Shown piece by piece: positions 10,121 through 19,601 of a stretch of 64,000 nt of DNA. The stretch lies in IMG/VR virus record IMGVR_UViG_3300037418_002651, positions 5,299-69,298 of that record; one strand, 5' to 3'. The translations under genes were made by a program, and so were the position numbers. Below the pieces are notes generated by a model that saw nothing but the letters and a program-made list of their open reading frames with translations, had not been told where the DNA came from and searched no databases. How positions within the stretch are numbered: the first letter of the stretch is position 1; each line of letters starts with the position of its first letter. Origin of the DNA: a virus. Taxonomy: Duplodnaviria; Caudoviricetes.

Positions 10121-10827
10121 CAGCGGGTCTCCAGGATCTGCCGCCAGTTGCGGTCACAGAGGTACACACGGGTCGGGAGGATGCCGTTCCACTGTGCGGC
10201 CAGCGTCACCGAGTTGTTCAGGAAGAGCCGGGGCTGGATGCCCGGGTGGCGCCACCGTACGCCGACGTTCCCCGGAGCGATCTGGCCGCCCTTCCCGCCG
10301 GGCCGCGTCCAGGGCTGACCGACCTCCCGGCGGGAGATCCGGCCCGGGGCGCCGGGGTAGCTCGCGGGCTTGTCGGAGACGACGATCCGGTTGCCGTTGC
10401 GGTCCTTGCCGTACTTGGTGATCCTCTGGCCGATGTTGGCAGCACGCCGGAAGATCAGGACCTGGGTTTTGCCGGAGGCCGTGGTGCGGACCTTCGCCTT
10501 AGGATTGCGGGACCGCTCAATGCCCGTGGGGTCATCGATCCACATCGGGATCGTCTTGCCCGCCAGATTGCGCATGGTGAACGGCCGGATGCCGTGGTCC
10601 TGGAACCAGACGTACGAGTCGGCCCACCACAGGCCGAAGTAGCCCTTGCCGTACAGGGGCTGGATCCGGGCGGCTGAGGCGCCGGACATCTTCGGCATCT
10701 TGCGGCGGCACTCCCTCACGGCCGCCAGAGCCGCCGCGCGGGCCCGACCGGGGCTCAGGCCCTTGACGATCATGATGATCCGGTCAGGCTCCTCGGCGAT
10801 CTTGAACTCGGCGGTTTCGAGGAGCAT
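10120..10827 (-). CDS. Putative neck/head-tail protein
   Basis: 235-aa basic ORF coupled to the next gene. Confidence 0.4.
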   Translation of the reverse strand: MLLETAEFKIAEEPDRIIMIVKGLSPGRARAAALAAVRECRRKMPKMSGASAARIQPLYGKGYFGLWWADSYVWFQDHGIRPFTMRNLAGKTIPMWIDDPTGIERSRNPKAKVRTTASGKTQVLIFRRAANIGQRITKYGKDRNGNRIVVSDKPASYPGAPGRISRREVGQPWTRPGGKGGQIAPGNVGVRWRHPGIQPRLFLNNSVTLAAQWNGILPTRVYLCDRNWRQILETR

Positions 10828-10830
10828 GGG

Positions 10831-11592
10831 TCACCAGTCGTCCGGGTCTTCGTAGTCGGGGTGATCGGGCATCCGGCCCTCGTCGTCCGGGAAGCCGTGC
10901 TCGTCCGCGTCGTAGTGCCAACCCATGATGTGGCTGTCCCCGCGCTGAAGGGCTGCGGCAGTCCGGTGGTGGCCCTCGGTGGCGTGCAGGCGGCCCTCGT
11001 GGGTGACGAACATCGGGGCGCCGTCGCCCAGGTAGTTGCTGTTGCCCGTCGTCTCGCCGTACTTCTCCCTGTGGTGGCTCGTGGCGCCCGGGTCGGCCAG
11101 GTACTTGTCGATGTGCGCCTGGGAGACGTGGCTCTGGGTGGCGTAGACCGGCTGCTTGAGGTTCACCGCGCCGTAGGTGGCGTGCTGCTGCCAGTGGTGA
11201 GTGTTGGTCCCGTGTTCGCTGACGAAGCGGTGGAGTTGACCATCTTCGAGGTCGGGCTCGTTCTCCTGCTGCCTCTTGGTCAGGGCGTCCTGGTACGCCT
11301 GGTCGCGGCGATCCTCGTAAGACTCTGGGTATTCGTCGTGCTCGTCGTAGTGCCGCTGCTCGTGCGAGGTCGGATCGACTTCGAGATTGTCCCAGAGGTC
11401 CTCGTCAAAGCCGCCGTGACTCTGCCCCCCGTCCTCGTCGTAATCGTCATCAGAATCTCGGCCGACGTACCCGGCGAAGCCCGCGTGGCGCACGGACTTT
11501 GCGTGCTGGGCGTAGTGCTCTTCGCCCGGCTCGACATACCAAGCCATGCCCTCCCGCTGAAAGGCAGCGGCCCTCTTCCACAAGAGGCTCAT
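10831..11592 (-). CDS. Acidic His/Asp-rich protein with ParB/Srx-like domain
   Basis: PMFVTHEGRLHATEGHHRTAAALQRG matches the ParB-N (D/E)GHHR motif. Confidence 0.6.
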   Translation of the reverse strand: MSLLWKRAAAFQREGMAWYVEPGEEHYAQHAKSVRHAGFAGYVGRDSDDDYDEDGGQSHGGFDEDLWDNLEVDPTSHEQRHYDEHDEYPESYEDRRDQAYQDALTKRQQENEPDLEDGQLHRFVSEHGTNTHHWQQHATYGAVNLKQPVYATQSHVSQAHIDKYLADPGATSHHREKYGETTGNSNYLGDGAPMFVTHEGRLHATEGHHRTAAALQRGDSHIMGWHYDADEHGFPDDEGRMPDHPDYEDPDDW

Positions 11593-11603
11593 ATTTAAAT
11601 TCC

Positions 11604-12311
11604 TTAGGCCAGGTCATCGATCGGGATCAGCGGCGAACGGATGATCTCGTACGCGCTGAAGTCCAGGGGCTGGGTGGAGGAGACGTTCAGGATGTCCACC
11701 AGGTCCTTCTCGACCGGCGGAATCGTGTACGCCACCGTGCTGCGGTCTTCCAGGGCGGCCCTGGCGTGGTTGTAGCCGACGGCCATGGAGCGCTGGTAGG
11801 GGGTCGCGAAGCCCGTGCGGAGGGTGATGCGGTCCGGCACCCGGAGGTAGAACCGGTGGCCGGTGGAGCGGAAGCAGTAGTCACCCGTACGGACACGGAA
11901 GTCCGGGGTGGACTCCATGTCGAGCTGGTCCGCGTCGACCACACCGCGCGCCTGGAACTGCTGGTTCTCGTCGGAGTCCGAGAAGACCGCCGGACGCACG
12001 ATGAGGGCCTTGAAGCCGTTCTCGAACGTCGTGCCGTAGCAGTCCGGGCACTTGTTCCGGTCGGACTGCTTGTAGGCCGAGGCGTACCGGCTCGCGATGT
12101 AGCAGGTGGGGCACCGGCCGACCAGACCGTTCTCGTAGTCGTCCAGGTGCCACATGAGACAGAACATGGTCCATTCGCCGATCTGGTACAGCGCCTGGTA
12201 GTGCCGCTGCCTCTCCTGGTCGACGGCCCAACGCTGGGGCTGGCGGACGTAGTAGGGCTGGAACGGCTGGGGGACGTTCGGCGGGGTGGGGCGCGCGGTG
12301 AACTGCGGCAT
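11604..12311 (-). CDS. Putative head-tail adaptor with Zn-ribbon
   Basis: 235 aa, CPTC...CPDC pair, neck-region position. Confidence 0.4.
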   Translation of the reverse strand: MPQFTARPTPPNVPQPFQPYYVRQPQRWAVDQERQRHYQALYQIGEWTMFCLMWHLDDYENGLVGRCPTCYIASRYASAYKQSDRNKCPDCYGTTFENGFKALIVRPAVFSDSDENQQFQARGVVDADQLDMESTPDFRVRTGDYCFRSTGHRFYLRVPDRITLRTGFATPYQRSMAVGYNHARAALEDRSTVAYTIPPVEKDLVDILNVSSTQPLDFSAYEIIRSPLIPIDDLA

Positions 12312-12320
12312 GGCGGCCTC

Positions 12321-14087
12321 TCAGACCTTGATCCAGTTGCCGGTCGGCGTGGGGACCACCGTGATGGAGGACCACTGCGTCGACAGAGTCTGTGCCGTCG
12401 CCGATCCGTCGATCGTCTGGCCGGACGTGGTGCCCACCGTGACGTTGTTGGTGGCGTTGATGCGCTTGACGGTGATCCGGCGCGTCCGGCCGACGGCCGT
12501 GGGCAGGGTGACCTGGAAGGCCGCGCTGGAGGCGTCCGCCATGATCACCTCATCGAAGGCCGTCACGGTGTAGGCAGACGTCACGGTCTTCACGGGGAAG
12601 GCGTCCTGGATGTTGCGGATGGTGAAGCCCACCGGGCCGTCCAGGGTGAGGCCGGAAGGGGTGAAGAGACCGCCGAGAACCACCTCTCCACGCGCCGCCG
12701 CAAGGGCCGCCCCGCTGTTGCGGTCGCCGAACTTCGGCGTGGAGGTCTCGGTGTCGATCTTCAGGTAGATCACCGGTCCGATGCCCGAGGAGCCCACCCC
12801 CACGAAGTGGAGCAGGTACGTGCACTGCTCGATGCTGATCAGGGAGCCGGTGATCGAGTGAGCCGCCCCGACGGAGCCGAAGTAGTTGCCGACCGGGCAC
12901 AGGGCCGCCCAGCAGTACAGGATGCGCAGACCGACGATGTCCGTGTGCTCGGTGGCCAGCAGGCCGTAGGTGTAGCCGCCGCCGCAGATCACGTTATCGA
13001 TCACGCAGAGGTCGTTGTTCCCGTTGGCGGGCATGAGCAGACCCGCACTGGCGCCGGAGCCGAACACGTTGGGGTTGCCGTAGCTGCCGCCCGCCACAAC
13101 GCCCGTCGTGGAGTAGGCGAAGTCCCGGATTCGGGCGCAGGCCACACCGGAGAGGTCCAGTGCGGTGTAGGTGTAGCCGCTCGGGCTGTGAGCCGTGAGG
13201 ATCGACAGGTTGGCGATGTCGACGTACATGTTGCTGAACACGCCGGGGCTGATGCCGTACCCGCCGGGCTGCGACGGACCGCCGATCACGCTGGGGTTGC
13301 CGCTGTTGTTGATCGAGGTGGACTGGGCCGAGGCGTTGGCGAAGACCCCGAAGGAGACGATGGTCGCCCCGGTGGTGTTCGGCCAGTTCTGCTGCCAGTG
13401 CTGCACTCCGGCGCCGGAGCTGGGACCGGTGATGGTCAGCGTGACCTTCGGGCCAGTGGCCGGAACGATCGGGAGGGTGATCTGAGCGTTGCCCTTGGTC
13501 GCAGTGCCGGTCTGGAGAGTCCCGAAGACCCCGTAGAACTTCCCTGCGGCCGAGGGGACATAGACCGTGGCCGAGCCGCTGTGGGCCAGAGCGTAGGCTA
13601 CGGCGGCGTTGACGGCCCCCTGGAAGGCTGCCGTGTCGTCCGAGGCCAGCATGACCACCTTGGCGCTCACGGAGGCGCTCGCGGCCACCGAGAGGGTCAC
13701 GGATCCGGCGTTCGTGAAGGAGCTGATCACGCCGACGAGAGGCGCCCCTCCAGGACCGGCCCCATCGATCAGAACGGTCTTGGTGACGTCGTCGGAGGTG
13801 AAGGGGTTCGAGGCGCTCGTCAGGACTCCGGAACCCGAGTTCATGACGGCGTCGATGACGATCTTCCCGTCACCCTTGGCGCCGTAGTCGGCGACGTTGA
13901 AGACGGAGGAGTCCGTACCGGCGTCCGACTTCGCGGTGGAGCCGGAGAAGAGGGCGGACGCCGCCGTGGGGCTGAGCATCGCGTATTCGGCATCGGAGAG
14001 GGTGACGATGTTGCCGCCCTGGTATCGGTTGCCGTCCGGGAGGACGACGTCCACCAGCCCGCTCTTGATGGTGACGGTGTACGACAA
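12321..14087 (-). CDS. Beta-helix (pectate-lyase-like) fibre/appendage protein
   Basis: FNVADYGAKGDG...DDTAAFQGAV motif; C-terminal TVTSAYTV...VTLPTA...ITVKR module. Confidence 0.65.
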   Translation of the reverse strand: MSYTVTIKSGLVDVVLPDGNRYQGGNIVTLSDAEYAMLSPTAASALFSGSTAKSDAGTDSSVFNVADYGAKGDGKIVIDAVMNSGSGVLTSASNPFTSDDVTKTVLIDGAGPGGAPLVGVISSFTNAGSVTLSVAASASVSAKVVMLASDDTAAFQGAVNAAVAYALAHSGSATVYVPSAAGKFYGVFGTLQTGTATKGNAQITLPIVPATGPKVTLTITGPSSGAGVQHWQQNWPNTTGATIVSFGVFANASAQSTSINNSGNPSVIGGPSQPGGYGISPGVFSNMYVDIANLSILTAHSPSGYTYTALDLSGVACARIRDFAYSTTGVVAGGSYGNPNVFGSGASAGLLMPANGNNDLCVIDNVICGGGYTYGLLATEHTDIVGLRILYCWAALCPVGNYFGSVGAAHSITGSLISIEQCTYLLHFVGVGSSGIGPVIYLKIDTETSTPKFGDRNSGAALAAARGEVVLGGLFTPSGLTLDGPVGFTIRNIQDAFPVKTVTSAYTVTAFDEVIMADASSAAFQVTLPTAVGRTRRITVKRINATNNVTVGTTSGQTIDGSATAQTLSTQWSSITVVPTPTGNWIKV

Positions 14088-14166
14088 GAGATCCTCCCGG
14101 GAGCCAGTTCCTCAACCTTTCTCAGGACCTGCGGCTCCCCTGACACGACGTGCCCCGGAAACGCAA

Positions 14167-14196
14167 AAGGCCCCACACCGTGGACGGTGGGGCCTT
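14167..14196 (-). terminator. Intrinsic terminator after the DUF397 pair
   Basis: AAGGCCCCAC...GTGGGGCCTT stem followed by TTTT on the minus strand. Confidence 0.6.
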
Positions 14197-14263
14197 CTGC
14201 GGAGAACACGCTACATCCGCACTGGACCTGACGATATCAGGTTCGCACGGAAGAGTGAAACGG

Positions 14264-14464
14264 CTACGCCGCGTTGAACTCCCCGTTGCCGACGCCCGCG
14301 AGGAACGCCGCCCACTCGTCCTTGTCGAAGCTGACCATCGGGCCCTCGGGGTCCTTGGAGTTGCGGATGTCCACCGAGCCGTCCGTGTGGAACCGGGCCT
14401 GGACACAGTTGTTCGTGCCGCAGGAGGCGGAGGACTTGAACCAGTCCTTGGCGATGGGGGCCAT
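14264..14464 (-). CDS. DUF397 family protein
   Basis: WFKSSASCGTNNCVQA...VDIRNSKDPEGP.VSF...EWAAFL.GV.NGEF; ATG at 14464. Confidence 0.85.
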   Translation of the reverse strand: MAPIAKDWFKSSASCGTNNCVQARFHTDGSVDIRNSKDPEGPMVSFDKDEWAAFLAGVGNGEFNAA

Positions 14465-14652
14465 CAGACGTCGAACTCGCCGTTGCGGGCGCCGCCGATG
14501 AACGCGGCCCACTCCTCCTTGGTGAAGCTGACGGACGGGCCGTCCTGCTTCTTGGAGTTGCGGACGTCCACGGCGCCGGTCCCGTGCACGCGGATCTCCA
14601 CGCACGCGTTCTGCACGGACAGCGAGGACTTGTACCAGTCACGGACGATCAT
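14464..14652 (-). CDS. DUF397 family protein
   Basis: WYKSSLS.QNACVEI...VDVRNSK...SFT.EEWAAFI.GARNGEF. Confidence 0.85.
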   Translation of the reverse strand: MIVRDWYKSSLSVQNACVEIRVHGTGAVDVRNSKKQDGPSVSFTKEEWAAFIGGARNGEFDV

Positions 14653-14757
14653 GGGCTCTCCTTTTGTTACGGAGGGTCAGGAGCCCATCACAGTACAGGA
14701 TTTGGCATATGACAGAGGCGTCATCCACGAAAGGATGACGCCTCGGGGCAGGCTGAC

Positions 14758-15627
14758 TCAGTAGTACCTCGTCCAATACCTGGGCCGGGCGGCGACACTG
14801 CCTGCCATACGAGTCGGGCCGTACCTGCCATACACGCCGCCGGAGATGAGAACGGCCGGTCGTCCCAGACCCATGGACGCGATCTTGAAGACGTCCAACT
14901 GGGACTTGATGAGCTGCTCCTCCTCCATGAGGACGTCCCGCCACCGCTGTACGTAGTCCCGCCGGTCGAGCCGGGAGACGTTGCCGCTCCCCATGAACTG
15001 CGGCTGCTCGGTGTAGATCCGGATCAAGTGTTTGATCGTCTCGGCCCAGGTCATCGACTCCAGCAGCGAGCCCCACTGCGCGTAGGGGAACTGCGCTCCC
15101 CCGTTGCCGTCCAGGGTGTAGGTCTGGAAGGGCTGGGCCATGGTGTTCATGCGGCCCAGGGCGATCCTGAGCAGCTCCGCCACCCGGCCCCGGCCGAACT
15201 TGCTCTGGACGTACGTCAGGGCGTTCGGACCGCCACCCGGAGAGTCGAGCAGATCTGCCATGCGGACCCAGACCGACTCGATGATGCCCTTCATTGGGTC
15301 GGGCAGATTGTCGTACGCCGGGGAGGCCGGACCGATCTCGATGCCGCCCTCGAAGTACTGCGGCTCCGTGGCGATCTCGTAGTCCCACCGGATGGTGTAC
15401 ATGCCGGGGATCGAGGTGTCGGAGCTGTTGAAGGTGGTCGCGTAGTCGCCGACCCCGAGGTGATTGGCCGTCCGAGTGAAGATGACCGCGCCGGTGTTCT
15501 CATTCGTCATCGAAACGGATACCGTGCCGTCCGCGTCCAGGGGGACCTGGTTCTGGACGATGCTCAGCCCCACCGTGTCGATGGCGTACTGCGAGACGTA
15601 CTGCCGGTCGTTCCAGTAGAGCGTCAT
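14758..15627 (-). CDS. Putative head-tail connector/virion protein
   Basis: Likely start MTLYWND at 15627 with RBS GGAG; N-terminal Ig-like and C-terminal helical parts. Confidence 0.5.
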   Translation of the reverse strand: MTLYWNDRQYVSQYAIDTVGLSIVQNQVPLDADGTVSVSMTNENTGAVIFTRTANHLGVGDYATTFNSSDTSIPGMYTIRWDYEIATEPQYFEGGIEIGPASPAYDNLPDPMKGIIESVWVRMADLLDSPGGGPNALTYVQSKFGRGRVAELLRIALGRMNTMAQPFQTYTLDGNGGAQFPYAQWGSLLESMTWAETIKHLIRIYTEQPQFMGSGNVSRLDRRDYVQRWRDVLMEEEQLIKSQLDVFKIASMGLGRPAVLISGGVYGRYGPTRMAGSVAARPRYWTRYY

Positions 15628-15635
15628 GAGGACTC

Positions 15636-16298
15636 CTAGCGGTCCGTCGCGTTGACGAACATCGCCATCGCACGGACCGAGGTCACCTTGATCTGGCCCT
15701 CCATGTTCGGCTGGGTCGACACCCGGATGCCGACGGAGTGCGTTCCGGCGGAGATGTTGCGGACGCCCAGGGAGCAGACCGTCTGATACCAACGGTCGGT
15801 GCCGAAGGTGGAGGTGTTCGGGAAGTTCGACTCCACGTACTCACCGTGCTGGTTGGGGCCGTCGAAGTTCGCGTCCGCCCCGTCGATCATCACTCGGGTG
15901 GTCGCTCCGGTGTAGCCCCGGCACGGCAGGGCGTGCTCGGTGGTGGTGATACCGAGCAGGGAGCCGGGCCGGTTCACGGTGAAGGTGCCGACCACGTAGG
16001 TCACGAAGGTGCCGGATCCGACCATCACCTGAGGACGCATCGAGCCGTACCAGACGGCCGGGCCGGTCAGCATCTCCCGCCACGTGGTGCCAGTCCAGAG
16101 CATGTTCCGGCGGGTATCGGTCTCCATGATCATCATGCCCGTCTGGGCGGAACCCCAGGAGGGCCGGGTGGTCGACGTGCAGATCCAGACGCCCGGGTAC
16201 TTGTCCTGGGTGTTGTAGTTCTGAACGAAGTCGGTCCGCAGGAACGGGTCCGACCCGTCGGGGATCTTCAGTCCCATGTGCTGGCTGAGTGTGGACAT
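15636..16298 (-). CDS. Minor virion/fibre-like protein
   Basis: 220 aa; MSTLSQHMGLKIPDGSD...TSTTRPS...GMMIMETDT resembles actinophage minor tail proteins. Confidence 0.5.
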   Translation of the reverse strand: MSTLSQHMGLKIPDGSDPFLRTDFVQNYNTQDKYPGVWICTSTTRPSWGSAQTGMMIMETDTRRNMLWTGTTWREMLTGPAVWYGSMRPQVMVGSGTFVTYVVGTFTVNRPGSLLGITTTEHALPCRGYTGATTRVMIDGADANFDGPNQHGEYVESNFPNTSTFGTDRWYQTVCSLGVRNISAGTHSVGIRVSTQPNMEGQIKVTSVRAMAMFVNATDR

Positions 16299-16437
16299 CC
16301 GCTCCAGTTCCTCTCGTGGTTCCCTCGCCCCTTCCGGGGAGAACCCAGCCGATCGACAGGACCAACCGGCCGACTACCAACAGAAGTACGAGGAGCCCCG
16401 GGTGTCAGGTCACCACGGGGCTCCTCGTGTCCAGGGA

Positions 16438-17577
16438 CTACGGCACGTTGACCGAGTTGGACACGGCGGACTGGGTGCTGCCCAGCGGGCCCACGGCGGT
16501 CACGCGGGCCGTGGTCGCGGTGCCGGTGGTCAGTCCGGTGAACTGGGTCGTCAGGGTGCCGGGGGCGATACCGGTCTTGGTCTGCCCGCTGGACAGGGTG
16601 ACCGTGTAGCTCCGGACGTCCTGAGCGTCCGCAGGAGCGGTCCAGGTGACGTTCAGCTTCGTGGCACCCGCTCCCGCCACCACAGGGGTACCAGGAGCCC
16701 CCGGGATGCCCGCGAGGCCGGATCCCGCCTTGAAGGTGCCGTCCGGGTTGTAGATGGCGTTCTGGGCCCAGTACGGGTCCAGGCCGCCCGGCTTGAGCAC
16801 GTCCGGCACGTCCGGGTTGTACGGCCGGACGGCGGCCGACAGGGACCCGTAGGGGCCCTCGCCGTTCTTGTTCCGGGCCAGCACGCGGAACTGGTACGTC
16901 TGCGCCGGGTCCAGGTTGGTCACCACGGCCGAGGTGACGTTGCGGCCCACGTAGGTCGTGCCGCCGGTGGAGCCCAGGATGATGTAGCCGGTGACCGGGG
17001 CGGTGGGGTCCGGGTCGGCCACGGCGGCCCACGTGACGGTCACCTGACGGGGACCGGTGGTCACCGTGGGGGTTCCGGCCGGGGCGACCGGCACCAGGGT
17101 GCTGGTGGGGCCCGTGGAGCCGATGAGGGCCGACTCCAGGGTGCCGGTCATGTTCTGGACGTAGTCGCTGCGGACCGAGCCGTCCGAGATCGGCCGGTCG
17201 GTCCAGGTGGTGTCGGCCGAACCGGCGGCGCCCATGTAGCCGATGGTGGTGTCCGGGGCCCGGTAGGCCTTGGTGACGCCCGGCGTCTCGGGCCAGCCGA
17301 TCTTCTGGGTCTCGACCGTGCCGGTCACATAGTTGGTGGACGGCGTCCAGGGACCGGCGTTGGAGCTGTTCGTACCGGTGGTGTCGGTGGTCCCACCGGT
17401 CACCTGCTGATTGGGGTCCGGGGCCTGTCCGGTCTGAGACCAGCCGCCTCCGGCGGCCGTGGTGGAGGTCTCGGTGTTGGCGGCTCGGTCCTGGGTCCCG
17501 CGAGAGGCAGCACCGGTGTTTCCGGACACGCCCTCGGTGTCGGTCTGGTTGCCCACGTATCCGGGCGGTGTCGTCAT
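16438..17577 (-). CDS. Fibronectin type III domain virion protein
   Basis: Two FN3 repeats (VTVTWAA...VTGYII...VTNLDPAQTYQFRVLARNKNGEG; LNVTWTAP...SYTV...GLTTG...VTAV). Confidence 0.75.
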   Translation of the reverse strand: MTTPPGYVGNQTDTEGVSGNTGAASRGTQDRAANTETSTTAAGGGWSQTGQAPDPNQQVTGGTTDTTGTNSSNAGPWTPSTNYVTGTVETQKIGWPETPGVTKAYRAPDTTIGYMGAAGSADTTWTDRPISDGSVRSDYVQNMTGTLESALIGSTGPTSTLVPVAPAGTPTVTTGPRQVTVTWAAVADPDPTAPVTGYIILGSTGGTTYVGRNVTSAVVTNLDPAQTYQFRVLARNKNGEGPYGSLSAAVRPYNPDVPDVLKPGGLDPYWAQNAIYNPDGTFKAGSGLAGIPGAPGTPVVAGAGATKLNVTWTAPADAQDVRSYTVTLSSGQTKTGIAPGTLTTQFTGLTTGTATTARVTAVGPLGSTQSAVSNSVNVP

Positions 17578-17603
17578 GGTGCTGCTCCCTTACGGGCTCT
17601 CGG

Positions 17604-18344
17604 CTACTTCTTGTCCTGCTGCTTGCTGGTCGCCTGCCGACGCGCGGCGGTCTTCTTGGCAGCAGCGGCGATGTTCTTGCCCAGCGTGGACTGCTGGCCC
17701 TTGTCGTCCTCCGACTCCTTGGGCTCGCTGGCCCCTTCGGCCTCGGCCTGTTCGGCCTTCCTCACCGGCTCCTGGGGGTCCCCGGCTCCGGCGATGGTGG
17801 TCTGCTGGTAGGAGTCCTGCGCGGGCTCCTCCACGGGGGTGATGCCCGCGCTGACGTCCTCCGGGGATCCGGCGACGTTGGCCGAACGCGGGGCGTCCTG
17901 AGCCGCCCCGGTGTCGTTGTGCGGCGCGACGATGTTGCCCTGATGGGTCGCCAGGCCGTGGTGCTCCACCGACTGCTGCGGGATCTGCGCCGCCTGGGCG
18001 GAGGCCTCGTGCTGGATGAGCATCCCCCGGACCTCTTCCTTCAGGGCCTGGGTGTGCTCGTGGATGAGCGTGTCCAGCCGCTGGGCGATGTGCTCCACGT
18101 CGCCGAAGATCCGGGTGGTGCCGGTCAGGCGCTCGTGCACGCCGCCACCGGTGCCGGAGGTCTCCAGGGTGCCGGTGATGGCCGTCGGATCCGGAACGTG
18201 GCCCTCCGACTCGCGGTAGGCCCCGACCTGACCGGCGGTGGCGGAGTCCTGCGCGGGACCGGTCTCGGTCCGGCTCTGCTCGGTCTCCGGCGTCTCCACG
18301 TCCTGGCCGGACTTGCTGGCCTCGGCCTCAGACTTCTCTGCCAT
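17604..18344 (-). CDS. Hypothetical acidic low-complexity protein
   Basis: 246-aa ORF with RBS AAGGAG and normal codon bias. Confidence 0.55.
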   Translation of the reverse strand: MAEKSEAEASKSGQDVETPETEQSRTETGPAQDSATAGQVGAYRESEGHVPDPTAITGTLETSGTGGGVHERLTGTTRIFGDVEHIAQRLDTLIHEHTQALKEEVRGMLIQHEASAQAAQIPQQSVEHHGLATHQGNIVAPHNDTGAAQDAPRSANVAGSPEDVSAGITPVEEPAQDSYQQTTIAGAGDPQEPVRKAEQAEAEGASEPKESEDDKGQQSTLGKNIAAAAKKTAARRQATSKQQDKK

Positions 18345-18364
18345 GTCCTCGCTTCTCCTTGGTA

Positions 18365-18895
18365 CTAGCCCTCACGGGTGCCGAGCGTGACCCGCACCCA
18401 CTCCATGCGGTCCTCGTTCCCCTTGACGGCCTCAGGCACGTACTGGGACGCCAGGTTCTTGTGCAGGTTGCACAGCGGCGGGGTGTCCTTGAGCTTCTTC
18501 TCGGAGATGGCCACCGGGGTGCCGCACTTGCCGGTGCCCCGGGTGTCCGGGCCGACGCAGAAGGCGCTCACCTGGTCGCGGCTGGTGGGTCGGTCGATCG
18601 TCACCTCGACCTGCTCCTGCGCGCCTTCCTGGCGGCGCTTGAACGCCTCCACCTGGCGCGAGAGGGCCTCGGTCACCTCGGGGTCGGACTGGTCGTCCAT
18701 CACCTCGATGACGCCCCGGGCGAGGGCGCGACGGAAGGCGACGGATTCCACGACCTCGCCGGGGACGAACTGGATGTCGTCTCCGGAGGGGTCGTTCTTG
18801 GCGCCCCACTCGACCGAGTGGGTGCCCTTCACGTCCGAGGCGAGGACGGTGATCCCGTCCATGAGGTTGCGGGCGACGACCGTTCCGACAGGCAT
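18365..18895 (-). CDS. Hypothetical virion-region protein with C-terminal Zn motif
   Basis: 176 aa; C-x9-C...C-x2-H; RBS GAGGAG. Confidence 0.55.
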   Translation of the reverse strand: MPVGTVVARNLMDGITVLASDVKGTHSVEWGAKNDPSGDDIQFVPGEVVESVAFRRALARGVIEVMDDQSDPEVTEALSRQVEAFKRRQEGAQEQVEVTIDRPTSRDQVSAFCVGPDTRGTGKCGTPVAISEKKLKDTPPLCNLHKNLASQYVPEAVKGNEDRMEWVRVTLGTREG

Positions 18896-19145
18896 GGTGA
18901 CTCCTCGAAGAGTGCTGTTCTTTCACCCCTTACGCGGAGTCACAGGAGGTCGAACAGGAAGAGGGGCCCGACCTGCCCAATGGCCGGGCCCCTCTTCTCG
19001 CGCTGTGCTCGACCAGGACCGGGGGGAATGGGAGCCCTGGGAGCTTGAGTGGGGGTAGCGCGTTACCCAGAGCATGACAGTAAGCCCTGACAGTGTCAAC
19101 CCCTCTCCAGTTGACGTCGTCAACGCCAGGCCGGATGCTTGATCC

Positions 19146-19391
19146 ATGGCAGAGAAGCACGCAGAGGACCAGGAGCCCCAGCTCTACGACCTCCGTAAGG
19201 TCCAGGTCCTGGGCCTCTCGGAGCTGTCGAAGCGCTGGAAGGTCTCCAAGCAGAGGGTCATGGAGATCACCGCCACGCGGTGCCCGCACTGGCGGAAACT
19301 CGACTGTGGACGGGTGTGGCTCCTGCACGAGGTGCAGGCGTTCGAGAAGACCTGGGCCCGCAGAACCGGGGTCCACATAGACCAGGAGTAG
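19146..19391 (+). CDS. Small HTH DNA-binding protein (excisionase/AlpA-like)
   Basis: VLGLSELSKRWKVSKQRVMEI...GRVWLLHEVQAF winged-HTH pattern. Confidence 0.65.
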   Translation: MAEKHAEDQEPQLYDLRKVQVLGLSELSKRWKVSKQRVMEITATRCPHWRKLDCGRVWLLHEVQAFEKTWARRTGVHIDQE

Positions 19392-19424
19392 TCGACAGGA
19401 CAGATAAGGCCCTGATAGTGTCAG
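19392..19424 (+). promoter_or_regulatory. Sigma70/HrdB-like promoter plus palindromic box upstream of array 1
   Basis: TCGACA-N18-TAGTGT; overlaps CTGATAGTGTCAG. Confidence 0.55.
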
Positions 19425-19432
19425 GGTCTCGC

Positions 19433-19530
19433 GGCACGGCACGGCTCGGCCAGGCAAGGTTGGGCTAGGCAGGGCACGGCGTGGCAGGGAGAAGGACCCT
19501 CGATTTTTAAAATCGGGGGTCCTTCGTTTT
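19433..19530 (+). ncRNA. GGY-NN pentamer array 1 plus 3' hairpin (candidate guide RNA)
   Basis: 11 in-phase units GGCAC GGCAC GGCTC GGCCA GGCAA GGTTG GGCTA GGCAG GGCAC GGCGT GGCAG, then GGA-GAAGGACCC...GGGTCCTTC-GTTTT. Confidence 0.75.
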
Positions 19531-19535
19531 GAGGG

Positions 19536-19565
19536 TTGACGCTCCAAGATTTCCTGTAGTACGGT
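19536..19565 (+). promoter_or_regulatory. Promoter of the Cas7-like gene with operator in the spacer
   Basis: TTGACG-ctccaagatttcctgtag-TACGGT. Confidence 0.7.
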
Positions 19566-19601
19566 CGTCCCCGCCAGAGACCGCAACCCAGGAGGATGCC
19601 C

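Noticed and set aside
14139-14211. 5' extensions of track ORFs (e.g. 50575-52392, 14758-15792, 44351-45310)
   Set aside because: Extensions overlap upstream genes; internal starts have better RBS or stop-start coupling
19433-19487. Concatenated NN of array 1 begins ACACTCCAA, matching the promoter/operator at about 61395-61407 on the minus strand
   Set aside because: Only a 9-nt contiguous match, plausible by chance in 128 kb of two-strand sequence
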